A DNA stretch of 64,000 nt, taken from assembly GCF_009914755.1 (NCBI RefSeq), contig NC_060945.1. One strand, 5' to 3'. This document shows positions 1 to 15,766 of this stretch, piece after piece (position 1 is the stretch's first letter; each line of letters starts with the position of its first letter). Under the pieces are notes generated by a model that searched no databases, had not been told where the DNA came from, and saw only the letters and a list, made by a program, of their open reading frames with translations. The position numbers and the translations under genes were made by a program. Source of the stretch: the human T2T-CHM13v2.0 reference genome, Homo sapiens.

Positions 1-907
1 CCAAGTATATTGGTACTATGGTGTAGCCAAGTTTCACATAAAATTAACCATCACGATAATGCACTTCTTTAAAAAAAAAAAAAGTGGAGGAGTGTTATAC
101 AAAGCTTAAATTTTGTAACCTCATTTGATTTGGGTTATTATTGGCTAAATTCTCATTTATCTTAGTCATTAAGCAGATTTCAGTTTACTCATAAATTATT
201 TTTGTGTGTTTCCAAATATTTTTTAGCACAAGTTTTGCCTTGACAGTTGGATTACATTTTCCTTAAAGCTTGGGTCAAGATTTATTTGGTAATATCCTAC
301 CTATTATCAATGCCATCTATTATAGCACTCGAGGCAAGTCAGTGTTCACCAATCACCAAGTAAATACTTTGGCAGTATCTGAAACTTCAATTTAGAGTTA
401 ATTTCCTTCCTGCCATCACCAGCACTGTCCGTTGTAGCCATCAGTTTTTTATGGAATCTTTATTACTTACAGTTATGTCCATTTTGTCTGAAGTCCAAAA
501 TGATTTAATGGGCCATTGCTTTACCATTTTTTTTTTCATAATTTCCCTGAACTAAAGCTCTGTCCTAAGCTTCTTTCTACCTCTAAGATTTTGCTCCAAT
601 TTCTGCCATACTTGGAGGAATGCCATTCTCAGCCTATCCCAATCCCACCCATTGTTTAGATCATAGTTTAAATTCCTTTTCCTGCACAGATTTCTCAAGC
701 ATCCTGGTCTACAGTACTCTATGTTTACTCTATTGCCTGTTTTATCTGTAACTCTTCATGTTGTTAGGAAAGCATATAATACCACCTCTTGTTGTTCAGT
801 AATTTAATATGGGAATTTGACTTCCCAAAGGTAAATGTAAATGTACAGACATACACTCTTTGATTTGTCTCACCCTTCCCTCAAAAGTAAATCAAAAACT
901 CTATCTA

Positions 908-1207
<300 letters not shown>

Positions 1208-2306
1208 AAAAACTCTATATAGAGAGATAATGAGTAAACATTTTTTAAAAAATGAATTAATACAAACATACTGGGATCTTGTTCAGTGTAAGGTTAGTCC
1301 CATGTGTTTCTGAACTTTACCTTGGGTTTGTAGTCAATGTATATGTGTTAGGTAAGTGTTTTTGACTTTATGTTTATGTGTGACTTGGAAACAATATTAC
1401 CTCATTTGAATTACTGGCATATTAATGATGTCAAAACCTTATCTTTTGAGCATTTTTTCTACTTAAATTCAGAGCTGTTTCATTTGAACACTGTGTTTAC
1501 CAAGCTGAAAAGTCTCATGTTCTCTTGGATAATCTCCAGTCAGAGTTATCTATAAATGATACTTCAGGGACTTTCTTTACAAACTGAATTTGGTTTTCTT
1601 TGTACAGTGCAAATAAGTAAAACCAAAAATTAAAGTACATGAAAAAACATTTGAGCTAGTTATTTCTTCAGCTAGCTCACATGCAGCTGTTAAAATCTGT
1701 ATAGACCATTTTCTGTTCACAGTCCCATTATTAATATTTTGTAGAGCCTTCCTTTAGCCATTTCTCATTTTCAAGCTGGTCTCCTATTACTGGGAGTACA
1801 TTGCAGCATTTGCCATTTTATTTGGGATTGGGACAGTAATACAGTACTTCAACATTGCTTTCATTTCCCAGTATGTCAAACAACATACAAATGTCAAGTA
1901 TTTTTAGTCTCTGCATCATCATCGTTAACAGGATACCAGACTCCCAATGTGCATTCCATCTCCAGCGTACAAAATCACAGCAAGTCATTTCACCAGGGAA
2001 TAAAAGAGCTTTCTACCCAAACGCTGTTACAATTTTCACACTTCGAACGGTATGAGTCTTAAAGCATTTGTAGTCATAGCAACTGTTTTTTAAATTTTGT
2101 ATATAATCATTTTAATTATTAAGTATTTGATATAAAATATAAGGAAAAGTTAATACATGTATGAAAGGTAAATAGGCAGGCTTTTAAAATTACCAAAACC
2201 CCTACATTTTCTAGGAAGGAATTTATTATTGTTTGATGAAGTTAAAACATGCAAGCAGTTAGTGGGACAGTTCCCACTTAGCTCCACTAGAGGTCTCAAT
2301 TGATAT

Positions 2307-2309
<3 letters not shown>

Positions 2310-2357
<48 letters not shown>

Positions 2358-2501
2358 TTGTGTGTGTGTGTATATGTGTGTGTCTGTGTATATGTTTCTG
2401 TGTATATATACATGCATATGTATATATGTACACCCATAAATGTGTACGTACATATATACATATGTATATATGTGTGTATATACATACATACACACACAAG
2501 C

Positions 2502-2546
<45 letters not shown>
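2310..2546. repeat. Compound (TG)n/(TA)n/(CA)n microsatellite
   Basis: Read directly. Confidence 0.95.
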
Positions 2547-3224
2547 AATGTATTTTTTCAGACAAAGCTAAAATGCTGCACTGCTATTGTGGATGATCTT
2601 ATAGCAGTATTGCCAAAAGGAACAACCACCATAGGAATAACAATACCTTTTAAAATTCATTATAAATAAAAACAAACTCTAGTACCTTTCTTTTTCCAAG
2701 GTTTAAAACTTTATTGTACATTTCCCTTTAAAACAAGGACCATCATTTAAAAACATCTTTTAAAAACTCCCAATACTTTTTATACACACAAGCAAATATA
2801 AATAACAATGTTTCTTTATATTAAAAAAAATGGGAAATTTATTTGGGGTCATTTCTTGTGAACTTTTTTTAAACCACCTATAAGCTTGCTCTTTATTATG
2901 ACCATAATTTTATATATGTGTAATAAAATAACATAATAAAAATTATATGGTCATAATTGTTATTTTTAGAAGCTCTGACTTTCCATCATTAAACTTATTA
3001 ATCAAAAGTGTATGCTACTTATTTTCTAATTTATTCTGAAATGTGAACCAAGGAAATGGAGAACATGAAATTTTTGCTTCAAGAACTTAGACAGTATAAG
3101 TAGTGTTTAGAACCTTGGTCATCTAGGAGAGCCATCACCCCATCAAAAAACTCTCATTAATTATAATAAAAATAAAATTCATCCAAAAACATTTTCATGA
3201 AGTTAGGAATTAGTTACATTTAAT

Positions 3225-3865
3225 AGAAATATATATATGAATATATATATTTTTATATAGTTTCTATTTTTAACATAAAATAGAAAATATATAATAAAAT
3301 TATATTTTAATAATTTTATTATTTAATGTTATAATAAAAATATAATTATATACTAAATAATTATAAAATTTAATACGTTATATAATTAATATAATTATGT
3401 TATAATAATATAGTAATACAAAATTATGTAATTTTGTTTTATAATATATAATTATGTAATATATTCTATATTATATAATTATGTTAAAATTAAATTATAT
3501 AAAAATTTATTCTATTGTGTATTACTATATATACTCGCTATAATATATAAATATTTTTAATATATAGTAATATATATAAATATATTTTTATATAGTATAT
3601 TATAAATAACATATATGTATATATAAATATATTGTTATATATTATAAATGATATATCATATACTTATATATAAGTGTATATAAGTATATATAATTATATA
3701 TAAAATACTGTATATTATTGTATATATTATGTAATACATATTATATGTATTGTATATAAAATAGAGAAAATATATACATTGTAAATAGTTATATATTTAT
3801 ATAAAATAGATATTTATGTCTATTATATATACTATTTTACATGTAAAATATATATTTATCTATTT
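3225..3865. repeat. Extremely AT-rich degenerate (TA)n low-complexity tract
   Basis: Read directly. Confidence 0.9.
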
Positions 3866-5779
3866 TTTCCTCTTAATTCAGTACTTTAGGAAAACAGGTT
3901 TTTTTACTTTATGATGGAATGCACCACTCACATTACTTGTTGCTTGTTACTTTTGGAATACTGTCCAGGCCATAATTCACCCTAGCTTGCCTAAGCTTTT
4001 GTTGGGGCTGATAAACTTGTCAGCTTCTAGAAGCTTCTGAAGGCCAGTTGAACTCAGATCCATTCTTTTTACCAAAATACCTTCTAAGGTAACTGAGTTG
4101 TGTGTCCCTAAATCAGGGCAGGGTTGAGAGCATTGAATCAGCTAGAAAATGACTATAGTCAGCCATGTGCTCCAGATATTAATATCTCAGTAATATGTTT
4201 ATTTACCCCATGTGCCGGAAGTTTTATATATAATATCTCACTCAGTTTAGAGTAATCTTTTAAGGTAGCTCCTCATTTTTATAAAAGATGAATCAGAAAT
4301 GCAAAAAGGTAATTTACCAGTTCCCAGAGAAATTTGTAAGTACAGACATGTCAACCTCAGTAGCAGCAAGGGCATAAATTCCCCTCTACAGCTACTTGAG
4401 CCATGGTAACTAGTAAATGTTTAAGCCATGGTTGTTCTTTGCAGAAAGCCCAGATGTTTGTCAATGAGTAAAACTTTTATTGAGTTTCTACTATGTCTAG
4501 ACTACAATTCTAGGAACTCGACAGGAGGGAGAGCTATAAAAGAAAAAGATGTGGCGTTATTATTAAGAAACATAAAACCCACTTACAGAGACACAGCACA
4601 AGAGTATAAAATCCGGGTGAACACTTTTACAGGGAATGTGTGTCTCCTGGAGGCCTTAGCACATGAAAATGATAGAGTTCAAAGTGAAAGCCTTCAAGTG
4701 ATTCTGTGCTAAATAAAGGCAATTTAAACCAAATATATTTCTTTTTTTAGTAAACAATTAAAATGACAGTATAATGGGTTTAAATTGAAAAAAAAATAAT
4801 GTTTTAAAGGAAATTGCCTTGGCTATCACGGTGTGATATCTGCCTTCGTGCACATCTCTGTGACTTAAAGTCCAATACCAGGATATAATGAATTACACAT
4901 GGCTTTTGGCTTTCCAAGGTATTATCCAGTGAGAAGAGATATGAGAAAAGGAAAAGGATCTTCGACCGTAAAATTAAAATAACTCAATTATCTTACCTTG
5001 TTGAAGAAATAACAGACCTAGAAATATTAAATGACTTGCTCAAGGTCATATACTTAGTTTATAAAAGATCCCGGACTTCAAACTTAAAAGACTGTAAGCA
5101 GAAAGGATTGAAGAAATGTTTGCCCATTCATTTTTAATGTGCTAAAGTGTAGCCATGAAAGCATAGCAAGGGCTTCATGCTGGGAAACTGAAATGGCAGA
5201 CAAAGCAAACTAAACAAAGACCCATTGTCTCATTATGAACTAAGATTTTGAGGAGATTGTGGGTTTACTATGAAGAGCTTAAGGAGCACTAGTTGGGGAG
5301 GGGAGAAGTATGACTTTATGCATAGATTTAAGGGACTCTGGGCTCTTTGTGGTTTTAATCAGACATACGATAGTTATCATAAACTATAATTATTATAAGT
5401 TACACCCGTGTCCTCCTAGCACAGATATAGTGATATGCATGTATATTATGCATTTTCTCTGCACTCTCTCTGCCTGTATAGTTATATTCATTTGGTAGAA
5501 CCAAAAATGCATCTTATGGCAAATTTTGATTTCAAGTTGAAATACACCAGTCCGTATGGAGAGTGTTGTCCAGAAATGCAGATGGTTCTTTGAAGAAAAG
5601 TACAATCAAACATGGCAGAGACAGTCTTACATAACAAATAACAGGGCTGATGTCAAAGTTATTTGCCAACAGAATACAGTATGTACACCATTAAGTACTT
5701 TGCTGTCTTCATATGAATTTGTCCTTAGAAAAACTGCCCCAATCTAAACTGTTACATTAATATCTACTACCATATTAGG

Positions 5780-6000
5780 ATTAGGAGTGCTTACTATGTG
5801 TCAGGTACTAGTTTAAACACTTTGCAGGTATTATGAGTGGGATAATTATACCAACTGAATGAAGTACATTACTATTTTCATCATTCCCATTTTATAGATG
5901 GAAAATCAAGGTAAGGCAAATTAAGAGTAAGGCAAGTAAATGGAGGAGCTAGGATTCGAATCCAAGCAGCCTGATTCAAATTTTGCATGTTCAGTTGCTA
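5780..6000 (-). mobile_element. MIR remnant
   Basis: CCCATTTTATAGATGGAAAA core and GGATTCGAATCCAAGC; strand and edges tentative. Confidence 0.6.
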
Positions 6001-9000
6001 TGTCAACAACATCTCAATATGACTGAATCTTTTTCAAGAGAGAAACCAAAACCCAAATGCAAAAGCACTCTGTCCCTTTTAAGGTTGTCATTTGGGAAGT
6101 ACATACAACTTTCCTAAGAATGCTGTCATACCTTAAATATTTCTGAAATGGATACCTTGGAATTAACGTCAGAGCCTGCAGCTCATTCTTTGACTATCTC
6201 CTGTGGTGGCAAATCTCTTTTTGAAGGAGGATTTTGTTTTGGATGCAACCAAAGTCCCTTGCAGCCAAATACCATGACTAAGGTGGGTCTCTAATCTGGG
6301 TGATGCCATTTTTGGTCAAAAAAGTGAAACATGCCTGGGCGGCAATGGGGCAGATTGTTTCTCTAAATTGGCTCTGAGGACAGTTCCAAGGAGGAGCTTC
6401 AGAGCCTCTGGAGCAATTGCCTGCTCTGGGTTCATGACTTGTAGTCCAAAGTGATTTGACTTGGGGTGAGGGTGTGGTCAATTTAGATATTCAAATCTGG
6501 ACAAGTTTATCATCACTTGCCTCTGTAACTTGGATTTAATTTTTAAAAATTCATAAATCCAAATAGTCAATAATTTCTGTAGACAATCTTTTGGAAAATT
6601 AAGTTGACCTATCTCATTGAGTGAACAGGGATGAAGCTAGCAAAACAGAAGGCATCCATCTGTGTCTTTATTTTTTGCTCCATGCCGGAAGGGTTTCCTG
6701 TCCACCCAGCATACCTGGTGGTATTACCTACACACGCCACTCATCTGTATGAGTGGCTGAGCAAGAATGGATCACATGGATCAGACATTTTTGTCTCTAT
6801 TATTTCTTCTCCAATATCTGGAACACATCTCCCGCCTGTTTTCATTCCTTTCAACTCAAAGTATCATGTTATGTCTCTACTCCTTCCTTGACCCCTTGAC
6901 CTGAAGTGATCCCTTGCTTCTGTATTCCTGAGCTCATGTTATTGATGCAATTCACTGGACTCACTTTCTTGTATTGTTATTTTTTCTTTTGTATACATTT
7001 TATTTCTCCAGCTATACTATAAGACTAAAGGCAAGAATGATTTTTTTTTCTACCCATTTTATCTTCCTTTCTTTCCATCCTCTTTCCTTTCTCTCTTCCT
7101 TCCTTTCTGCATCCTTCCTTTCTCTCCTTTATTTTCTCTCCTTTTTTTTTCTTGTGGGCTCTTATTCAGGCCCTAGGACAGTTCCCTATACAAACTAGTA
7201 GCCCAGCGATATTTACTGATTCTTACTCATTCTTGTTATATCAATGGAATGAATAATCTAATTGCCCACTCTGCATATTTATCTTTCTTATTATAATTTT
7301 CTTGAGAAAATGTTAAGTTGTTTTCCTTCCTTTGTTTCTTCCTTTCTTTTTTTCTTGACATATACTACTTGAAGGGTTATATTTCAAAAAAAGGCAGCCT
7401 TAGTTAAACATCTTTTTTTATTTGTTCAAAGTGATAAAGGGCAAGTATACTACTAAAACTGATTCTATCTTCTTTGCAAGGGATGTTTTTCTTAAAGATA
7501 TGCTATTAAAGTATAATTGACTCCTCTTGCTACATAAAACCTTTGGGGTCTACAATTTGATTCTTCAGAAGTCTTTGTCAAAATATTGCTTAAAAGTAAG
7601 CATTTGTTTTACCAGTATTCATTCTTATATTTTGGGGGTTCAAAATATAAATAAGTATAATATCCAGCAATCTAAAGCAACTTTACTTTTATTGATGCTC
7701 TATAATCAACAAACATTCACATTTATTCACATTTTAAATTGTACCTTTTTGTGTGTGGCTATTGATAAAGTCAAGTCTGATAAAATAACTAATTATATGG
7801 TCCCACAGTTTGTGGATAGGAAAATTGCTCAGAAAAGTGTTCAGTTCTCTAATTTTGGACTGTTAATAATGCCTTCTTTTTCACTTGTAAAATGATGCTC
7901 TTTCCTTTCTCCCAGTCATGCTAAGAACTGAATTTTACTGCTTCAACCATGCCTGCAATATCTAGGAGAGTCCCAAGTGAGGTTTCTTAGAAATGTTTAC
8001 AAATGCAGAGGATCAAAAGCTTTTCTAAGTATTTAGTTTTGTTTACATTTTAATCTTTTAAATGGCTCACATGCATATGGATGTTAAAGAAAAAAAAATA
8101 CAGTGCTATGATGACCTTAGGTAGATAACCCAAGTCCTTTGTTTTAAGAAAAGAAAAAGGAGACTAGAGAGCAAAGATAAACAGGATATTCTGCATTTTT
8201 TTTAGCAATCTTGTACTGTTGTATATTACATTTGAAGGCCAAATTTAAAAGTTATGCTGAAGGTCTATATGAGAATATTCTGTTATCACTACTGTCAAAG
8301 GAAGTCATCAGGACATTTTAATTAGAAAACCACAAGGTTTAACTAATATCTAACTTCTAAAAGAAATTGACCTTGTATTATAGAGCATATTCCAGAGTAT
8401 GCTGCAGTTTGATAACTAGATATCATCATCTCTGTGGGTCTTTAATAGCAAAGGATCCTGTCCATAGGCTTGGGCTAGCCTTTGAGAATATGTATCCTTA
8501 TTGTTTCAAATGAAGGTCTCCAGCCAACTTCCATTTATTTGGAATTAGTTTATCAAACCAAAAGATGATGTACACCCCTGCTTTTCTTTTCTTTCCCCTG
8601 AAGTATCCTTTGAAATGAAGTTAGTTTTTATTATTACCTCTGGCATACTCTGGGAAGAGAAGAGATATAGCCAAACCTGTTGATTCTACTCCTGTTAATA
8701 AGTTTGGTGAAAACACTGAAGGTGAAAGGCTCTGGAACATGCAGAACTGAATAAACCAACTTGAAATTAATGAAAAGCCAGAGCAATATTGTAATGCCAG
8801 CACCGCCAGAAGTCGGTCAGTATTTGTGTTCTTTATTTGGTGCATTTCTCTGCTTTTATGAAAGATACAGCAGGGGTCTGATAAATTCTTAGCCCACTTT
8901 AAAGAAAAAAATGAAACTGTGCACATAACTGATCTGATACATATGGTGAAGAGCTTCAGATGGAAACCAAATATCTTGGAGATTTAACTATTTACTTAAT

Positions 9001-9043
9001 CTTTCAGCTGAGCTCCCTCATCTACAAATTCAAGGTTGCCAAA

Positions 9044-9411
9044 TGATATGGTCTGCCTGTGTCCCCACCCAAATCTCATCTTGAATTACTACAATTCAAG
9101 ATAATCGCCATGTGTTGTGGGAGGGCCCTAGTGGGAAGTGATTGGATCATAGAGGAGGTTTCCTCCATGCTGTTCTCATGATAGTGAGTGAGTTCTCATG
9201 AGATCTGATGGTTTTATAAGTGTCTGGCATTTCCCTGCTGGCACTCATTCTTTCTCCTGCTGCTCTGTGAAGAGGTGCCTTCCACCATGATTATAAGTTT
9301 CTTGAGGCCTCCCCAGCCATGCAGAACTGTGAGTCAATTAAACCTCTCTTCTTTATAAATTACCCAGTCTTGGGTATTTTTTTCATAGCAGCATGAGAAT
9401 GAACTAATATA
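9044..9411 (+). mobile_element. MaLR solo LTR (THE1/MST)
   Basis: TGATATGG...CCCACCCAAATCTCATCTTGAAT...CTAATATA; 5-bp TSD CCAAA. Confidence 0.88.
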
Positions 9412-10491
9412 CCAAATATGACCTCTTCCTGCTTTATCAATGGACTCTACTTCCTTCAAGTTTGAGAGCCAAGAATCTCTCTGATGGTCTTCATATTAAT
9501 TCCCTTCTCTTCACTCAGCATTTCTTTCCTCAAAAAAAATTCCCTTGATATGTGCTTCAGGTAGTCATAATACATTTATCTTTTGTCCTTAAGATTAAAT
9601 CCTGAGTACCTGCAAGCAAAAAGTGGTTTTTCGTTTTCATTCTCTACGTAATTTTCTTCCTGTTGGTAGAAAATTGGAGTTCTAGGAGACTTTAATATAA
9701 AATATTGAATTTTTTTGTATCCTATGATAATGTTTAAATCTTGCCTCTGTAGGAAAAGTGATAAATTCACAACCTATTACAATAGAGAATCCACTTAATT
9801 GCCCTATATTTTACATTGCTGCAGAGCATAAATATTTCTTCCTTCCTTCCTTCTTTCCTTCCTGATTCTTACTTTAATTACCACATAATGATTTCCTCCT
9901 GCACTCTGTACTGAACCCTGTTTAGAGAGTGTTTCTGTATTTTTAAGTGTGAGTACTTTAAATACATTTATACTCCTCAAAAAAGCAAGAGTAGAAAAGA
10001 ACACTAATATATGTCATATTTTAAATTGCTTCAAATACCGATATTGATTTGTAAATTAGACAAAAGAAACATAACTTCTCAGTTTATTTTTAACCTTTTA
10101 TTGTAGAAAAAAGTCTAATTATACAAAAGTAGAGAACGAAGTATGCATCTCTATCACTCAGCTTTAACAATTATCATTTTGTTCATCTAGTTTCATCTAT
10201 CTTCACATTTTCTATTTTTGCTTGAAATTTTTAAAGAAAATTCTAGACTTTGTATTATGTTACTTCAGTATCTAGCTTTAGTTTTTGAAACAAGATACAA
10301 TTTAGAAATATCTACCCTAGTTATGAGAGGATAGGATCTTTCCATGGATGTGTTTTTGTTCAAGGTAATAAACACCACTGCATCAATAGGCCAGTGTACC
10401 ATTTTAATATGTTATATGATGTCAGTACTTATTGGATATTCTTTTCTTCTACTGCTAAGGGAAAAACTTTCTCTGCCCCACTGACAGTTTC

Positions 10492-11219
<728 letters not shown>

Positions 11220-12340
11220 GTTTCCATAAGAAAAATGAAGAGAGTTGAAAAGGATAATTGAAGAGATTTTGAAAGTTATTTCTACAGAACTTCTGTCATA
11301 AAGAGGACTATCATCATCTCATCTTGGCTCTACTCTTTATATGTATGCCTACAATTAAAATCGTAGTTTATTCTTTCACCCTTAGCTTTTGGTGGATTCT
11401 TTTGTTCCACAGATAATCTTGAATACATAGGACTATTGTTGTGGGGCTTAGAGCCCAGCCTTTTCCTCAATTCTCACGTTTGGCTACTGTTGCACCCTAC
11501 ATTGCTTCAGAACGAAAGGAGTTAATGTGAAAGGACTTAATATCATAATGTGACACACAAAGGGATACTCAGTTTATGTGGATTTGATGCCTACTAGGGA
11601 TCTATGAGTTTGATTCTCTCAGATCTCCCCTAGTTGTAGGGTATACTTTAAAAAAAATTAAACTGTTACTAACACTAAATTCTTAGAGTTTTCCCATTCA
11701 TTCATCTTCTTCACTAGTGAACAGGGGCAGAGAGATGGAAAAATGTAAAATTGTGGGAAACCCAAACAGGTTTGAATTTGAAATTAAATTTTTGTACTTT
11801 TAGTTATATATAGTATGCATCTCTTTGTAAAATAATTTATATACTGAAGTCAAGATATGAAATCTCTTAGTAATCAACTGACCAATTCATCTGTCTTGAA
11901 ATCTACCTTCAAGCTTGGAAAAGCCATCGTCATCTAAATACCAATATAACTAACTTTCTTTTATTATATCGTACTACAAAAATGCTTCAGTTTTTGAAAG
12001 CTACCTGTTTTGGGAACAATTTAAATAACAACAGAAACTATTTACAGTGTCTTTAAACCACTGGTGAGAAAGTCTTCACACTTAAGGAAAACCACACTAA
12101 TTAGGGTTTTCCCACCTTTTAAAAAACCACATTTTTTGATGATTAGAAAAATGATATAGTGTGGTTTTTTTGAAGAAAACATGGAAAATTCATGAAGGTA
12201 CAAAGAAGAAAACAAAAATAGCTAGTTAGGTTACTTTTGTATATATGTATTGTTGTGCGTGTGTGTGCACACAACTTGGCAGCACAACACGGCTTAATAC
12301 CTAAGAGTATAGAAGGCGTATGCTCTTGAGGTTGGGTTCT

Positions 12341-12810
12341 TGTCTTGGTCCATTTACTGTTGCTATAACAGAATATGTGAGCCTGGGCAGCTTATAAAGA
12401 AAAGTTTATTTGGCTTGCGGTTCTGCAGGCTGTACAAGAAGCAGGGCACTGGCGTTCGCTTGGCTTCTGGTGAGGGCTTTCATGCTGCGTCAAAATATGG
12501 AAGAGAAGGTCTAAGCGGAAGTGGGCAAGTGTGAAAGGAAACCAAAGCCAGGGGATGAGGGATGTCTGTCCGAGCTTTACAGCAACCCACTCTGGAGGGA
12601 ACTAATCCATTCCCAAGAGAACAAATGCCATTGCTACAGAGTGAGAACTCATTCAGTATGGTTAGATGGCATCCAGACATTCAGAGGGTTCTGGCTCCCT
12701 GATCCAAACACCCCCCACTGGGCCCTACCTCCCACCACAGCCATGCTGGGGGATTAAATTTTAACATGAGATTTGGTGTGGACAAACAAACCATATCCAA
12801 ACCTCAGCGG
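12341..12810 (-). mobile_element. MaLR LTR (MST/MLT1A-like)
   Basis: TGTCTTGGTCCATT..GTTGCTATAACA ... CCATATCCAAACC. Confidence 0.75.
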
Positions 12811-12984
12811 CAAATGACCCATGCTCTACCTCTTGCTAACTGCCCTACCTAAACCAAGCAGTTCAACCTCCCTTTGCCTCTTTCCTTATCTATAAGATAG
12901 AAATTATAATAATGAAGCTTTTTTAGGATTAAGTGAGTTGATTTATATAAAACACATTGTAAATTTCAAAGAATGTTGATTATC

Positions 12985-13272
12985 AGCTGGGCATGGTGAC
13001 TCACACGTGTAATCCCAGCACTCTGGGAGGCCGAGGCTGGTAGATCACTTGAGGTCAGGATTCAAGACCAGACTGGCCAACATGGTGAAACCCCATCTCT
13101 ACTAAAAATAGAAAAATGAGCTGGGCATGGTGGTGCATGCTTGTAAGCCCAGCTACTCCCAGGAGAGTCACTGGAACCCTGGAGGCAGAGGTTGCAGTGA
13201 GCCGAGATCGTATCACTGCACTCCAGCCTGGGTGACACAGTGAGACTCCATCTCAATTAAAAAAAAAAAAAA
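12985..13272 (+). mobile_element. AluS
   Basis: Alu dimer, poly(A), TSD AAGAATGTTGATTA. Confidence 0.92.
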
Positions 13273-14928
13273 GAATGTTGATTACCATCATTACTATCTG
13301 AGATTCAACTTTTCTTATGTCAATAAATACAGTATACCTCTTTGCTGGCTACATTCAGAGTTATGTAACATTCATATATAAATCTTTGTGAAACCTTCAG
13401 ATTATTTAGCATAGATTCCTAGGAGTAGAAATATCTATATCCAATAATTTGAGTTTTTTGAGGGTTACTTATTAAATAAAAGTCATATCTCACAGGCATA
13501 GTTTTAGGAGTTTGGGGAATGGTGAGCAAAACAGACCCAGAGCTAGAAGAGGATATGGTTTCTATGAAAAGTGACAATGGAGAATGTACAGAGTACTTTG
13601 AGAGTGCAATCTAGCCTGGGGGGGATTTAAGATAAAGTGACATTGACTTTAAGATCTAAAGAATGATTAGGGATTAATTAAATGGCCATTTGGAAGCAGG
13701 AGGTGAAATCAATGGCCAGCAAGAAAGTCTTGAAACAAGTTTGGGAGAAACCTCAAAGGAAGCCAGAAGGGAGGAAGAGAGCTTCTGGATGAAGAGGAAC
13801 AGTTGGGCAAGATCCTACAAGTCTGGTAATCTGTCTGCAGATTTTGGCTTTATCCTCTACATAGTCAGAGAAGGGTTTGAACAAAAGAATGACATCCATT
13901 CTTAGGGTGATGCTTACACTAAAAGCCCAGACTTCACCACTATGCAATATATCCATGAAGCAAAACTGCACTAGTACCCCTTATATTTATATTTTTTAAA
14001 AAAATGACATTCGTTTGTATTACCAAAAATGAAACAAAGAACACTCTGGTTGTATGTATTGGAAGGAGCACTGTAAAGGAATGTGGCCTTCCCCTTAAGA
14101 GGCCTAGTGGTGGGAGAGATGGCAGCTGGGACTAGGGTGATGGTGATGAGGAGGCAGAGGCATGGAGATGGTGAAAAGACTTTGATGCAGTAGCAGAACC
14201 TGCCTATGGGCCACATGTAGAATAAGAGTGGGGAGAAGTAACTTCTAGCTCTCTGCTTCTGCAGCATACTGAGAAGAGAAGTGTAGAGGAAGCAGATCTG
14301 TTAAGCTGGAACTACAGGTTGAATTTAACTTTAAATGTATGAACTTTGAGGTTGAAAATTATGATTGCAACTTCAAGAAAGAGTGTTGTGATTTACATCT
14401 GCACCAGCAGGATTTGAGGGGGCTTTCACACAATCATACCAATTTTTGATATTATTGTAATTTTTACTAACATTATTTTTAAACTTTGCCTATTTGGAAC
14501 CTGAATTTTAATCTTGTTTAAAAACATGCACTCTGATTTCTAGTAGTCTGAGCATTTTTTTCTGAACTTTAGGTACATGTAGATTTTTTTCAATTGTCTG
14601 TTCAGGTCCTTTGACAATGTCTTGAGTACTTATTTTTATCTATTTGTATGAATTTTTTCTACATAACAGATCACAACCCCATACCTTTTGTATTTAATGA
14701 AATACTTTTTTCTTATTTTTTAAAGAATTCTCTTGAAACATGGAGGTATAGAGCTTTTAAGCCAATCAAATCATTCCATGTATCTGTGTGTGTGTGTATT
14801 GTGTATATATGTGTGTGTTTGTGTCTTGGTTGTGTAATCACATTCATTGTTTCTGTGTTCACATATACTCTCCCATCCAGGGAGCAGACAAATATATCCT
14901 TATATTTACTAATACTTCTTAAGGTTTT

Positions 14929-15766
14929 TGTGATGGTGGACTTTCTGTGTCAACTTGACTGGGCCCTGGAGTATCTAGATATTTGGTTAAACATTTTTCT
15001 GGCTGTTTCTGTCAGGGTGCATTTGCATGAGAATAACTTTTGAATTGGTAGACTGAGTAAAGCGGGTTGGCTTCCCCAGTATGGATGGGTCTCATCTGAT
15101 TTGTTGAGGATCTGAATAGAACACAAAAACTGAGTAAGGGAGAATTTTCTCTCTCTGCCCAATTGCCTTTGAGCTGGGACATGGATCTTCTTCCAGTATC
15201 AGACCTAGACAGAACCATACCATCAGCTCTTCTTCTTTTTGTTTTTTAAGAGATTGCTTCTTGTGAATACCATTCACAGATGCCAACCATCAGATATAGA
15301 TGTTTGATTAGCCTAGTCTTCTGGGACTCCAGCTCACTGACTACAGTTCTTGTAATTTCTCAGCCTCCTTAATCGTGTGATTAAGGATGGATAGATAGAG
15401 AGATCTAGATAGATCTAGATAGATAGATAGATAGATAGAGATTTACTACAAGATTTATTTATTGTAAGACAGATATATTCCCACCCAAACAGAAACAAAC
15501 AAACAAAAAACCCAGAAGAACTATACAAATCTTTGGAGTCATCTAGCATAGTTTTTTTCTTTTCCTTTCATATCACATTCATCTGCAAGTCTCATTGTCT
15601 TGAGCTGTAGAATTTGACCTCTTTTATAACTTCTACAGCTATATAGATAGAGAGACATAGATAAATCTATATAGTTAGGTAGATAGATAGATATCTATAT
15701 AAATTGATAGTTATAGAGATAGATATCGTATTGGTTCTGTTTCTTTGGAGAACCTTGACTACTACA
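14929..15766 (+). mobile_element. MLT2 (HERV-L) solo LTR with internal (TAGA)n and two insertions
   Basis: TGTGATGG..GTCAACTTGACTGGGCC ... GGAGAACCTTGACTACTACA; TSD GTTTT. Confidence 0.85.

Noticed and set aside
2150-2669. Several 90-130 aa ORFs (CVCV/HTHT)
   Set aside because: Translations of dinucleotide microsatellites; the same applies to 42168-42574 and 62917-63238
3225-3865. AT-rich tract as a regular array or organellar insertion
   Set aside because: No fixed repeat unit, spacer structure or gene remnants; degenerate (TA)n
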